This document shows, piece by piece, positions 1-13,013 of a DNA stretch of 64,000 nt. The notes under the pieces were generated by a model. That model searched no databases, was not told the DNA's origin, and saw nothing but the letters and a program-made list of their open reading frames with translations. This DNA comes from Flaccisagitta enflata (lineage: Eukaryota): assembly GCA_965153355.1 (NCBI GenBank), contig OZ231126.1:23374001-23438000 (forward strand). Reading direction: 5' to 3'. The translations under genes and the position numbers were made by a program. Position 1 is the first letter of the stretch. Every line of letters starts with the position of its first letter.

Positions 1-241
1 ATGATTGTGCATCCTGGCAGCCCAGTCACTCTCTCATTTAAACTCTGGACTCTAGGAGAGGCATTGTCCGTCAGTCTATCCATTGGTCTGTTGGTCCGTC
101 TGTCCGTCCAAGTGGAAAAGTGGAAAAACAAGCAGTCTTGATGCTTGTGTGTGGGGGTTGGGGTTGGGGTGTGGATGGGGGTTGGATGCCTCTGTCCACC
201 TATCCGCAACAATATTGTAACCCCGGGTTACATGAGAGAAG

Positions 242-284
<43 letters not shown>

Positions 285-389
285 AGAGAGAAAATGAGAA
301 TGGGAGAGAGAAAGAGAGAGAAGAAAAAGAGAAAAAGAGACAGGCAAACAAACAAGGCCAACACCTATAAGTCGCGTGCGAGACTTACT

Positions 390-1310
390 TAATTACGTTA
401 TCGCCTAATTGTATAAGTACGTTATTTCCTGTAATCACGATAATGACTACAACTACCTATTGACCTATAATTGCCTATAATGACCTATAATTACCTATAA
501 TTACCTATAATTACCCATAATTAAATACTGACCTATAAGTACCTATAAAGACCTATGATTACCTATAATTACATATGGACCAATAATTACCTATAATGAC
601 CTATTATTACTCATAATTACCCATAATTACCCATAATAACATAATAACCTATAATTACCTATAATGACCTATGATTACCTATGATTACCTATAATTGCAT
701 AATGACCTATAATTACCTATAGTGACCTATGATTACCTTTAATGACCTTTGATTACCTATAATAATCCATAATTTCATAATGACCTATAATTACCTATAA
801 TTACCTTTAATGACCTATAATAACCTTTAATTACATAATGACCTATAATACTTATAATGATCTATAATAACCTTTAATTACCTATAATTATCTATAATTA
901 CATAATGACCTATAATTACCAATAATGACCTTTAATTGCATAATGACCTATAATGACCTATAGTTACGTATGATGACCTATGATTACCTATAATAACATA
1001 ATGACCTATGATTACTTATAATTACCTACAATGACCTATAATTACCTATAATTTCCTATATTTACCTATGATTATATACTGACCTATAATTACCCATAAT
1101 GACCTACAATTGCATGATAACCTATAATTACCCTTAATGACCTATAATTACCTATGATTACATAATGACCTATAATAACCTATAATGACCTATGATTACC
1201 TATAATGACCTATGATTACCTATAATTGCATAATGTCATATAATGACCTATGATTACCTATAATTACCCAAAATTGCATAATGACCTATAATTACCTATA
1301 ATTATGTAAA
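390..1310. repeat. 10-bp satellite (TGACCTATAA/TTACCTATAA)n
   Basis: Directly visible degenerate tandem array. Confidence 0.95.
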
Positions 1311-1344
1311 TAAAAAGTGCAATGACTATACTATGCGAATTAAA

Positions 1345-1770
1345 AAAATGACTGAAATGATATAAAATGACATAAATTGACTTAAATTGACTTATACTGA
1401 CTTATACTGACTTAAATTGACTTAAAATGACTTGAATTTACCTGAAATGACTTGAATTTACCTAAAATGAGTTAAATTGACTTAAAATGACCTAAATTGA
1501 CTTAAATAAACTAAAATTCAAAAATGACTTAAAATGAATTAAATTGACTTATACTGCCTTAAATTGACTTATACTGAGTTGAACTGACCTGTATTGACTT
1601 GAATTTATTAAAATGACTTAAAATGACCTAGATTGTCTAAATTGACTAAAATTCAATGATGACACAAATGACTTAATTTGACTTAAAGTGACTTAAAATG
1701 ATTTAAAATGACTTAAAATGATCTAATTTGACTCAAAATCACATAATTGACTTAAAATGACTTGATAGGA
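1345..1770. repeat. 10-bp satellite (AAATGACTTA)n
   Basis: Directly visible tandem array; the same motif occurs at 31430-31750 (reverse) and 59430-59630. Confidence 0.9.
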
Positions 1771-1932
1771 ATAAAACGAATAAAAAAAGTAAAATGGGGA
1801 CCGACCAACCGACCGACCAACCGACCAACCGACGGACGGACAAAGCGGGGTATAGAGTCGCGTGCACGCGACTAAAAACAAATAGAGAAAGACATGTAGA
1901 GAGTGGAACGAGCCAAAAGATGCCCGGTGAAT

Positions 1933-2175
1933 AAACAAGGTCGGATACACGGCTACCAAAGTCGTATGGGGGTGGGCAGGGGCCATATATGCATATTTGA
2001 GGTCACTAGAACACTAGGCAGGAGCAGTGAGGTCAAAGAAATAAAATCATAAAAAAAAGTAAAATGGGGACCAACCGGCAACCGACCAACCGACCGACCA
2101 ACTGACCGACCAACCAACCGACCGACTGACCAACAGACAGAGCAGGTTGTAGAGTTGCGTGCATGCAACTGAAAA
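1933..2175 (+). mobile_element. HINE family A short copy
   Basis: AACAAGGTCGGATACACGGC head, GGGTGGGCAGGGGC core, (CCGA)n, terminal hairpin AGTTGCGTGCATGCAACT plus A-run. Confidence 0.75.
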
Positions 2176-2501
2176 GGCATCACAAAAAATTCCAAAGGCA
2201 TCACAAAAAATTCCAAAACCTTTTTTCCTACGGCGAGAGCCGCCTTTATTGAAAACGTTGCGTCACGACTAGGCTCGCATGCGGCTGGGGTTGAAATTGA
2301 TACAGGGTGAAAATGAGAACCTTCTAGAACAGAGCAGAGCACTTGCTACACAGTGACCCGAAGATGACATTAGAATGAGAATTCTTTGGGAGGTGGTTGC
2401 GGGATAATTAAAGAATGCGATCATAGACTTCTTTGCGCATTAAGCTCAATATGAGAATGCAGGAGTTTGAAAAATGATCAAATTATTTTTTATTTCTTTT
2501 C

Positions 2502-2663
2502 TTTAGTCGCGGACACGCGACTCTACACCTTGCCGTGTCGGTTGGTAGGTCGGTCGGTCCGTCTGTCCGTCGGTCCGTCACATTTTTGAATTCTGAGCGG
2601 TTTTCGCATTACTGCTCCTGCCCAACCGTCCGCGACTGGATTGCCGTGTATCCGGCCTTGTTT
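2502..2663 (-). mobile_element. HINE family A short copy
   Basis: Reverse-complement head (GCCGTGTATCCGGCCTTGTT) and hairpin tail (TTTAGTCGCGGACACGCGACT). Confidence 0.75.
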
Positions 2664-3402
2664 TTACTCTTTTCGCAAGAAAAGCTATCATGTGCCTCCT
2701 CAAACATCAATGAGAGGCTGGATCTGTCTATCGATTTGACTGTCTGTCTATTGGTCATTTATTTATTCATTCATTCATTCATTCATTCATTCATTATGCT
2801 CGTTCATAGAAACCGTTCATTCATAAAAACTTTAATTCATAAAAACTTTAATTCATTATAAAAAGTTTTATTTCAGGTACGACAAAGCACCTCTATAACT
2901 GTCTGTGTCCGTTGGTTGTTTGGTCGGTTGGTTTGTCGGTCGCATTTGTTTGACAATCCACACGTCGCACCTTATTGACCTTGTTATGAAAGACATTTTT
3001 TTGGAAAAAGTACATTCATAAGCATTAATACACGAGGCGTGTTAACTCTGCCTTGTTTGTAATTGCCATCTGTGTAATCTAAAAAAAATCTTACTAACAA
3101 GTTGTTCACACTCGCTATTTTGGCAAAGAGTCACTCATGTACTCACATGCACACGGCATATCCACTTCCATTGACTTATTGGCTTACTGGCATTATGCAA
3201 CTAAAGGGAGGTTCAAGACCAAAGCTGTTCGTGACAAATTACCTTTCAGCAAGCTCGCATCTTTGAATGAGGCTCTAAAAGTTGGGCAAAGAGACCCAAA
3301 AACGCGATTTTAATTATCCAGAGAATGGCGCCATAGAAAAAGTGTCGAAGAATTACTAATGTCGTATTTTCAAGGAAAAAATCTACACACGCACGTTGAA
3401 TA

Positions 3403-3781
3403 CAACGTGAAGATTACGAAAAAGGTATAGCATCCCCCCTTGCAGCTCATGTTGCCATAGCCACATGGTCGTGTATGGTATCATTCAATAGGTTCTCTCA
3501 ATACAATTTACGCCACCGAGGCGATTTTTTAATTTCGCCTCCATTCAAGAGATATACACCCCAAAAAGCGGATTTTTTGACCTCCCAAGGGGGTGTCCGC
3601 CGCCAGTGTTTGAGGTAGAATTTCTCAAGAACGGGACCGAAATTAAAAAATCGCCTCGGTGGCGTAAATTGTACTGTAACAAGCTACAGAATGATACCCC
3701 ATATGATCATGTGGAAGTTTTGTCCAAAGCTGTAGGTGGGGGTGCTAACCGTTTTTTACGTTTTTTGCAATCTTCACGTTG
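3403..3781. mobile_element. Palindromic MITE, TA-flanked
   Basis: TA|CAACGTGAAGATT...AATCTTCACGTTG|TA; internal arms TACAATTTACGCCACCGAGGCGATTTTTTAATTTCG and its reverse complement. Confidence 0.8.
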
Positions 3782-3843
3782 TAGTGTACTGTGTACTGTG
3801 TACTGTGGCTAAATCAGTGAGGCGTAACACCACGTAATCTGGG

Positions 3844-4170
3844 GTGAGATTAAAACCCGGGGTATACTCGGGTATTTGGGTATGCTCGAGTATTGCTCGG
3901 GTATTGCTTGGGTATTGCTCGGGTATTGCTCGGGTATTGCTCGGGTATTGCTCGGGTATTACTTGGGTATTGCTTGGGTATGCTCGGGTATGCCTGGGTA
4001 TTACTTTGGCATTGCTTTGGTATCGCTCGGGATTGCTCGGGTATGCTCGGGTATTTGGGTATGCTCGGGTATTGCTTGGGTATTGCCTGGGTATTGCTTG
4101 GGTATTACTTGGGTATTGCTAGGGTATTTCTTGGGTATGCTCGGGTATTGCTCGGGTATTAATCTCACAT
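3844..4170. repeat. 11-bp minisatellite (GGGTATTGCTC)n bounded by short inverted repeats
   Basis: Tandem array flanked by GTGAGATTAAAACCCG / CGGGTATTAATCTCAC. Confidence 0.85.
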
Positions 4171-4857
4171 TTTTCTATTAGCGATTACCAGGTGCGTAAC
4201 GATTTTTTTTCGGTAGTCGAATTCTGACCACGCAACGATGGGTCCTCTATTCACCAAAGAATCAGCAGCAAATGAGAAGGGACATCAGGGACGTCATAGA
4301 CGTCAGCTGAGGTCCCTGTTGTTGGACACTACAAATTTGATGTTGGACACTACAAATTTGATGAGAAACAGGTAGCCCAAGGGCAATATGTGGTCAGCCC
4401 TTTGGGGCCGCTGCCCAAAAAGGAAACAAAATGGAAAAAGAAATTACAAGTTATGTGGGCTTTAATGGGTATGAGTGATAAAAAAATCTCCTTGAGGAGT
4501 GAAAAAGAATCGTTTCAATTATTTGAAAGAATGATCCAAAATTTTTTCTTGTTAATTGAAGACGCGCCAAATGTACAAAGAAATGGTATTAAGATGGATG
4601 AGTTAAGCTCTTTCCGGGTTTGCGTGGACCAAACCAGATGAGAACTTGTGGAGTCAAACAAATAACCTGCAGCAACACAAGAAAACAACCTCAAAAGCGA
4701 GGCTGTAAAAAAATTGTGTGAAACAACATCTTTCCAGACTGCTTCCAATCTCTCTACAACTACAAGACAGTGTTGCATAGTACTAGATGCATTTTGACAT
4801 GTTTACTGTCCACTTAAGTCAGCAAATAAACATGGACACCTGCTGTCCGTATATTTA

Positions 4858-5125
4858 CAGTCTATGGACATTTCGGTATTTGTAGATATGTCAGCAGTTT
4901 GGTACATTTCAGCCTGTTGAAATCTCTCATTCTGGCATATTTCAATGGTTTGAAATCTTTCATTCTACTGATATTAATCTTGTAGAATGAGAGATTTCAA
5001 TGTGTTGAAATGTGCTAAAATAAGAGATTTCAACCTGTTGAAATATACCAGAATGAAAGATTTCAACGGGTTGAAATGTACCAAACTGCTGACGTATCTA
5101 CAAATACCGAAATGTCCATAGACTG
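4858..5125. mobile_element. Palindromic MITE (~270 bp)
   Basis: CAGTCTATGGACATTTCGGTATTTGTAGATA...TATCTACAAATACCGAAATGTCCATAGACTG; internal TTGAAAT/ATTTCAA subrepeats. Confidence 0.85.
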
Positions 5126-6826
5126 TTTATAGGCCAAGATGGTATAAGACGGTTTGTCCGAAGGAAGGAGGGAAGGAGGGAAGGAAGGGAGGAAGGGAGG
5201 AAGGAAGGAAGGAAGGAAGGAAGGAAGGGAGGAAGGAAGGAAGGAAGGAAGGAAGGGAGGAAGGAAGGAAGGAAGGAAGGTCCAAAGATCTGTAACGTGA
5301 AAATTTGGATGACGCAAATTCGGCTGAAATGACGATTTTTGAGCATTATGGCTCCTGTCCAGCCACCCACATACTGCCCCTGCCCACTCATATTACTGCC
5401 CCTGTCTACCCGCAATCAACTACTTATTAGCCATGATTTTTATTCGTGTGCAACGCGACTCTATAACCCGCTATGTCCGTCGGTCGTTCCATTGGTCGGT
5501 CTGTTACCATTAACTTTTTCGGCGTGTTCAGGCGTTTTTTTACATTACAGCGCCTTCCCAAACTTTCAAGTTAGCCTTTTAATCACCACCCCTGCGGCCC
5601 TGCCTACCCGCACGCGACTTCGTTAGCCGTGTATCCAGCCTTGTTTTTCATCAAACCTATGCTATTTCTGAACCAATAAAGCTACAATAACCAGCAACGT
5701 CGCATTCGGAAGATTTTTCGCACAGCTTACCACCAACCATTCATCTTACTTCAAAGTGACTCACCTGCTGTCAGTGAAAACGCTGAGAGGACAAAAACAC
5801 AATGAAGGACGAAATTCTTTGTGGGTATCATTTTGGTTCTCCCACGTGATCCCTTGCGATGCCTGTCCTATTTTGTGTACCTTTTGTAGATTTTTGTATT
5901 TGATATTTATTTATCAATTAGGATACGTTCAGTGCCCGCACAAAATTCGACAATGAATCGTCATCAATCCGTCATCGTGGAGGTAATAGGAAGTAGCTTT
6001 TTTTGTCGCTTGCTCAGCGACTCTTTAAGAGGGTCCCTTGGTAGGTCTGTCTGCCTGTCCGGAACGCGAAAATCTAGATGACGCGAAATTGGCCGGAAAA
6101 GCGATTTCTTAGCATTACTGCCCCTGCCCTGCCCGCCCACTCACACACAGCCCCTGCCAACCTGTATCACTGCCCCTGCCCAACCGCAAGTGACTACATA
6201 TTGGCCGTGTATCCGGCCTTGTTTATTCCGTGTGCCCGTGTGCTCCAGCGAATATGACGTTGGAACGAGTTTTCCACGAGATATAACGATCGCTGGTGGA
6301 AAAACAACGATCGTGCGATTCAAACGTTATTGGATGAAAATGATGTAATCCTGAACGTGGCAAATCTTCATTGGATATGAAAACGGCCTGATCCTGACTC
6401 ACAATCGAATAGTACACCGATTCCATGATGAATGGTAATTTTTGTTAACGATGAAGTGACGAAAAGCACGAATCTGTCAGCGTTGAGCTAAATGTTCAAA
6501 TAATTATGAGTTTCATGACTTTTCTGACGTCTCAATTGAATTTCTGACGACTCAATTAAAGAATTCTGACGCCTCAGGAGGAAAAACAAGTAACCCGGGT
6601 TACAATAAATATCGTTACGGACGGGTGGGCAGGGGCGTGCTACACCCCCCCCTTTAAAATCCCCTCCTCCATACATGCGCGGCCTCTCAAATGCGCGTTT
6701 TACCACTTTTCGACTTTTCCGTTATGGACCAAGGAACGGACCAACAAACCTATGCAGTATGCACCGTTGGACGGATGGACCGACGGACCAAGCCTCTTAA
6801 AGAGTTACGTGTCCGCAACTAACAAA

Positions 6827-7076
<250 letters not shown>

Positions 7077-7129
7077 GAACGAGAAAGAGAAACCTACCTA
7101 CACAGTCTATCAAATCCCACTCTGAAAGG

Positions 7130-7365
7130 AAACAAGGCCGGATACACGGCTACCTCAGTCGCGTGCGGGTGGGCAGGGGCAGTAATTGAGTTACTAGAGC
7201 ATTTGGGCAAGAGCGGTGAGGCCAAAGACCGCAAAAACATAAAAAAAATAAAATGCGGATCAACTGACCGACCGACCGACCAACTGACCGACCAACTGAC
7301 CGACCGACCAACCGACCGACGGAGAAAGCGAGGTGTAGAGTCGCGTAGCACGCAACTTAAAAAAC
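7130..7365 (+). mobile_element. HINE family A short copy
   Basis: AACAAGGCCGGATACACGGC head, (CCGA)n, AGTCGCGTAGCACGCAACT tail. Confidence 0.75.
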
Positions 7366-8956
7366 CTAACGCCACTTTATCCGACTAAACCCACCTAGAC
7401 AGGCCATCGAATCCCACTCTGATGGGAAAAACACCTAGCGCCATTTTGTCGCACTCAACCCACCTATTCTATTTACATCTACAGCCACAGAAAAACAGAA
7501 AGCAAGACAGCGTGACAAACAGAGAGAGCAACTAGCAATGAAACAAAAAAGAAAGAAGGAAAGATAGAAAGAAAAAAGAAAACAAGTGACGCGGGGTCAC
7601 AATATCGTTGCGGACGGGTGGGCAGGGGCATCCAACCTCCATCCACACCACGGCGTCCAGGAACAAACTCTGGGTCAAAAAAAATTGTCAAGACTACTGA
7701 CCCGGTGGAATGTCTTATCTAATGCATTAGCTACATATTCAGCGCAAAAACAAAAAAATCGGCTTGGAAGCCTAAAAATGCTCGTTTTCCATCATCCAAT
7801 CACACCACTGTGACCTCAAACCATATTTAGCGCCCTTACCTGGGTCAGAAGTGAAATCATTGGATGGGAGTAGGTGGATGAAGTTGCCTCTGCCAAGCCC
7901 AATGAAACTAAAACCAGCCAAGAAATAGCTGAGAAATGGTCAAAAATGGCCCAAAATGATGCTAAAAAATGACCAGAATTGAAAAAAGGTAGGGATTAGT
8001 GATTGTTTGCTGAGGGTTAGAATCGAATCACCATGCTTCGAATTTTGCAATTTTTTCACACACGTCATGTGTAGGAAGCGCAGTAATGATCGGGAAAAAA
8101 GTCGAAGTCAGTCTTCGACTTTTTGACATATTCGAGAGAAACGGGGTTTTCATTTTCTTATGGGTAAGTTGAGGGTCTCGATCAAGCGATTGAGGCCTCC
8201 AATGAAATTGATAGGGTAAATAAATTTGATAATTCTCTTTCATTTGGCGCCAAGCAGAATGCTCTACGACAAATATTTTTTGCCCTATGATTTTTTAAAG
8301 ATTTATTTATAAAAAAATTTGAATGGAATTTTTTTCAATTTTTTACAATTTTGTGTAGAATCGATAAAAGAGTGTATTTATGTTTGTTTGAGCATGCAAA
8401 TAAAAGAAAACATGTTTATGAGCACAGCTGCTCATCTGAGGGCGTTTTTGAGCATTTTAGCTCATTTAGCTCACTTAGCTCAGTCTATTCTTTCTGATTT
8501 TAAATATGATAAATGAATAGATATTTTCAAAATTGTTTAAGCAAGCAAATAAAAAAAACATGTCAGTGAGCAGAGCTGCTCATCTGGGAGGGCGTTTTCA
8601 AGTATTCTAGCTCATTCAGCTCATTTAGCTTGCATTTTTTCTCTGATTTTAGATAGGATAAATAAATTAATGTTTTGATTTAAGCATGCAAATACAAAAA
8701 AGCATATTAGTGAGCAAACTGGTTGTCGGGTTGAATCATTTTGATTATTTCAGCTTATCTAGCTCATTTGGCTCAGTCCTATTTTTCTCTGATTTTCAGC
8801 ACAGTCAATACACACAATTGCTTTTGATTTGATCTAACAAAATTTTAGTGACTGAAAATGGTGAAAAGTGACCAATACTTACGACTTTTTTCCTCACGGC
8901 GACAGCCGCCATTACTGGTAGTTGAGAGCTCACATAGAGTGTGTGGGTTGAATTGA

Positions 8957-9155
8957 GATGTTGCGCATGTGTCACGATTCTGTCGCCAACATGGAAAAGG
9001 CCTTGCTTCATTCTCAGAACAAACCTTTGAGCGCTTACATTCCAAATGGGCTGAATACTCAAGAGTACAAGCTCCGGAGCGAGACGACCGATCCCGAGTA
9101 TGGGAATGTACTGCTCAACGTTTTTAAGGACTTCAACAGCCTGCATCTACGTTAA
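8957..9155 (+). pseudogene. C-terminal relic of a Chapaev/Transib/RAG1-like transposase
   Basis: Reads HVSRFCRQHGKGLASFSEQTFERLHSKW, then after a frameshift YKLRSETTDPEYGNVLLNVFKDFNSLHL*. Resembles the H-V-x-x-F...G-L-x-x-x-S-E-Q-x-x-E-x-x-H motif holding the catalytic Glu of this transposase group (recognised by eye). Confidence 0.6.
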
Positions 9156-9262
9156 CAACGCCTGAAATACAGTATTGTAGTGTTTATATTGTTCCGCATG
9201 ACTAGCACGTGCCAGTCCTCCCAAGGTGCCATTAGTGTGTGTGTGCATGCCTGAGCGAGGGC

Positions 9263-9335
<73 letters not shown>

Positions 9336-9483
9336 TGTGTGTGTGTGTGTCTGTGTGTGTGTGTGTGAGCATGTGTGCGTAATTGACAAAGTGTGTATCC
9401 GAATTAGTAAGTGCATGTGTGAGTATTTTATTCCAGTTGTATTCTATGGATTGTAGTTTTACGCTTTTGCATCCATTTGCACT

Positions 9484-10725
9484 TTTTGGGCAGCGGCCCA
9501 AAAGGGCCGATGTCCTGTAGAACACGGGGGGATTTCAAGATGTCCGTCCGTCCATCCGTCCGTCCGTCCGTCCGTCCGTCCGTCCGTCCGTCCGTCCGTC
9601 CGTCCGTCCGTCCGTCCGTCCGTCCATCCGTCTGTCCGTCCATCCGTCCGTCCGTCTGTTTGTCCATCCGTCCGTCTGTCCATCCATCCGTCCATCCGTC
9701 CGTCCATCCATCCATCTGCCCCCTCCCCCAAGACCATCAGGGCCTCGAGTTAGCCCTCCCAGGCCTCAATTTAGGCCCCCAGGCCTCAAATTAGCCCTCT
9801 TGGCTTCAAATCAGCCCCCCTCAAGCCACAAATCTGCCCTCCAGACCTTCAATCAGCCCTCCAAGCGTAAAACCAGCCCTCCAAACCTCAAATCTGCTCT
9901 CCAAGCCTTAATTTTGCCCTCCAGCCCTTCAGTGGCCTAAATTAGCCATCTACAGTGCGATGCATAAAAAAAGATACAAGCCAAAGTTCATGTTTTAAGG
10001 ACTCAAAATCATTTTTTTGGGGTTCTTCTTGAGAGCATTTAAAAGAGCTTCAAAAAACGGAGACAAGGCCACCAAGCCCAAAGAGTTTGATCAATTTGTT
10101 TAGATTCTATGATAAATCAAAGACAAGGTATCAAAAACAGCTATGAAAATTGTGACCTTTTTTTGCTGCTATCAGGAAAGGAATGTTTTTACTTAAATTA
10201 ACATAACTCTTAAACAAATTGAGCTACAGATGCTGGATACGACTCAAATGGAAGCTATTTTGAAGGGCTTTCCAAATGTCATGGATTTCTATCAGTTCAA
10301 AGTCAATTCAAAGAATTTAGATATGATTTAAGTCAATTTTAAGAGTTATTTGAAGATCTTGCATCAATTGACAACATTTACTTTTCAATTTATGATAAAA
10401 TCTAGTCAAATTGACTTAAATGTTTGTGATAGGTGCTAATTACTTCATTTTTTCCTACTCTTTGGATTCTTAATGAAAAAAATAATCTTTATGTGATTTT
10501 TGAGCAGAGAAATCTGGAATATAAAATTTGTATCTTTTTTTATGCATCGCACTGTAGAGCCCCTCAGGACGGATGGAAGGACGGACGGACCTCTCGAAAT
10601 CCCCCCTGAGATCTACAGGACATCGGCCTTTTGGGGCCGCTGCCCTGCTCTTACTCCACCTCTTTACTGGAACAACCCCAGCAGGGCATTGGGTACCGCT
10701 TACCATGTGCGATCCTTGGATGACT
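9484..10725 (+). mobile_element. HINE-like family B element (interrupted by a MITE)
   Basis: Subterminal inverted repeats GGGCAGCGGCCC..AAAGGGCCGATGTCCTGTAG / CTACAGGACATCGGCC..GGGGCCGCTGCCC, (GTCC)n tract, ~20-bp AGCCCTC/CTCAAAT repeats, tail GTGCGATCCTTGGATGACT. Confidence 0.65.
9953..10554. mobile_element. Tc1/mariner-type MITE
   Basis: Perfect ~27-bp TIR CAGTGCGATGCATAAAAAAAGATACAA with TA TSD on both sides. Confidence 0.9.
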
Positions 10726-11076
10726 TTTTATTCATTGTTCCAAGTCGAAACTGAAATGAGATTAATGCGTATTTGGATACATGTTATTAAAATTCTTGAA
10801 TGAAATGCTAGAACGCAGTTTTTTAGGTGCAACAAAGCACCTCTATAACTGGCTATGTCCGTTGGTTGGTCAGTTGGTTGGTCGGTCGGTCTGTTGGTAA
10901 GGCATTCGTTCGACGATCCACACGTCGCACCTTATTGGCCTACTTGGCCTTGTTCTTTTATAATTACATAATCATGAATGACAAAGACAAACAAAAACAA
11001 CAACCACAACCACAACCACAACAACACCAACACCAACACCAACACCAACACCAACACCAACACCAACACCAACAGC

Positions 11077-11113
<37 letters not shown>

Positions 11114-11835
11114 CCCCTCCCCTTTCCCGCTTTCATCCTTTGAGAGACCTAAAGAACAAGGCCGGATACACGGCCATCAGTTGCGGACAGGTGGGCAGGG
11201 ACGGAAATGCGCACTTTCACACTTTTCAACTTGATCGTTATGGACGGACCGATGGACCAACGGACGGATGGACGGACGGCCGGACAAAGCCTCTTATAGA
11301 GTTGTGTGTCCGCAACTAAAAACGGTAACTTTGGTCTATTCATGGTTGTTCTGGCGCTATTTTGGGCCATTTTAGATCATTTTTCTGGGCTGTCGTTGAT
11401 TCAAAAGGCCTGGACAGGGGCAACGGCACACTTGGGGTTCATCACCCAACTACTCCTATGCAATTATTGCACTTCCGACCCTAGTTAGGGCTCTAAGTAC
11501 GGTTTGAGGCCACAATGGTGAGATTTGATGGAGGAAAATGGTCAATTTCACGCAATAAACGCTATTTTTCCAAGCCGATTTTTTTGTTTTTGCGCTGAAT
11601 ATGTTGCAAATGTATTGGAAATGACATTCCACCAGGTCAGTGGTCTTGACAATTTTTTTTGACCCAGAGTTCGTTCCTGGACGCCGTGACACCCCAACTC
11701 CCACCTCTCACCTCCTACACACACAAAACGCTCCATTTCCCACTTTTCGACTCGATCATTATGGACCGACGGACCGACGGACCGATGGGCAGACGGACAA
11801 AGCCTCATATAGAGTTGCGTGTCCGCAACTAAAAA

Positions 11836-12120
<285 letters not shown>

Positions 12121-12850
12121 GCCGTGGTAGGGCTGCCGAAACTTGTATAACCACGACTCATTTGATCGACTCTTTAATCGCTCGACTCAAATTGTTTCAT
12201 GATAGTGAAAAGAAAAGAGAGATACTGCCAGACGGACAGACGGGCAAGCACACAGGGAGACAGACAGACAAACAGAGGAATACAGAGCTACACAGCTACT
12301 TTATTTCATAGTTGTCATTTCTACTCAAACTGAGCTGAATTGCTGGGCTTGGTCTAGAATTTGAGATAATTTAATGTAGATTATGATGTAAGGAAAAAAT
12401 GTTCTCACTGATTCTAATTTTGAACAATTTGCAGATAATTTTTTCAAAATTTTCCAAAATCTTGGAATTTGCGGTGTTTTGGGGTCAAAATCAATCATTA
12501 CTGCATCACAAAAGTCAAATCTTTTAGTATTGCTAACAAAACTTCATTATTCCTCATAACCAACACTGTAGAACCACTCTTGTTGAAAAAAAGACGCACT
12601 GCTGCCATCTAACCTCATTTTTTCCATGAAAAAAGGCCATTTTTGGCTGAAATCGACTAATTTTTGTCATGAAATTTAGAGCAAATTTATCAACACTGGG
12701 GCTTTAATTATCTTTTTTTGTAACAAAACCTAATCAAATTGTCTACCACAGAGAAAAAGAATCAAGTAGTTGTCTTAAGTATTTTATGAGTAATATATCT
12801 TCTTTTCGCGACAGTCCAATCTAAAAGCGGTGTAGTTTGAGCTGAATCAT

Positions 12851-13013
12851 AAACAAGGCCGGATACACGGCAGGACAATCGCGGACGATTGGGCAGGGGC
12901 GGTAATGCAAAAACCGCTCGCAATTCAGAAATGTCACGGATGGACGGACAGACCGACGGACCGACGGACCAATTGACATGGCAGGGTGTAGAGTCGCGTG
13001 TCCGCAACTAAAA
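12851..13013 (+). mobile_element. HINE family A short copy
   Basis: Head, GACG tract and hairpin tail AGTCGCGTGTCCGCAACT plus A-run. Confidence 0.75.

Larger units (their letters stand above)
351..1878 (+). mobile_element. Helentron/DINE-1-like non-autonomous element (HINE family A) carrying two satellite arrays
   Basis: Head AACAAGGCCAACACCTATAAGTCGCGTGCG at 351, then 10-bp satellite arrays, a (CCGA)n tract, and the 3' palindrome AGTCGCGTGCACGCGACT plus A-run ending at 1878. The same head and tail recur at 59380-59776. Confidence 0.7.
7649..11688 (+). mobile_element. Chapaev-like (CMC superfamily) DNA transposon deletion derivative with nested insertions
   Basis: ~200-bp TIRs starting CACGGCGTCCAGGAAC at both ends; 4-bp TSD ACAC (7645-7648 / 11689-11692); splits a HINE copy (head 7580-7648, tail 11689-11836); internal transposase relic. 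Confidence 0.8.

Noticed and set aside
1933-2175. tRNA-derived SINE interpretation of the abundant short repeat
   Set aside because: No A/B boxes or TSDs seen; subterminal repeat, microsatellite and 3' hairpin fit Helentron/DINE-1-like elements better
3844-4181. Gly/Tyr/Cys-rich ORFs in three frames
   Set aside because: Products of an 11-bp minisatellite
6230-6440. Possible exon in unique-looking sequence
   Set aside because: Plus frames contain stops and the minus ORF has no recognisable motif or consistent splice sites
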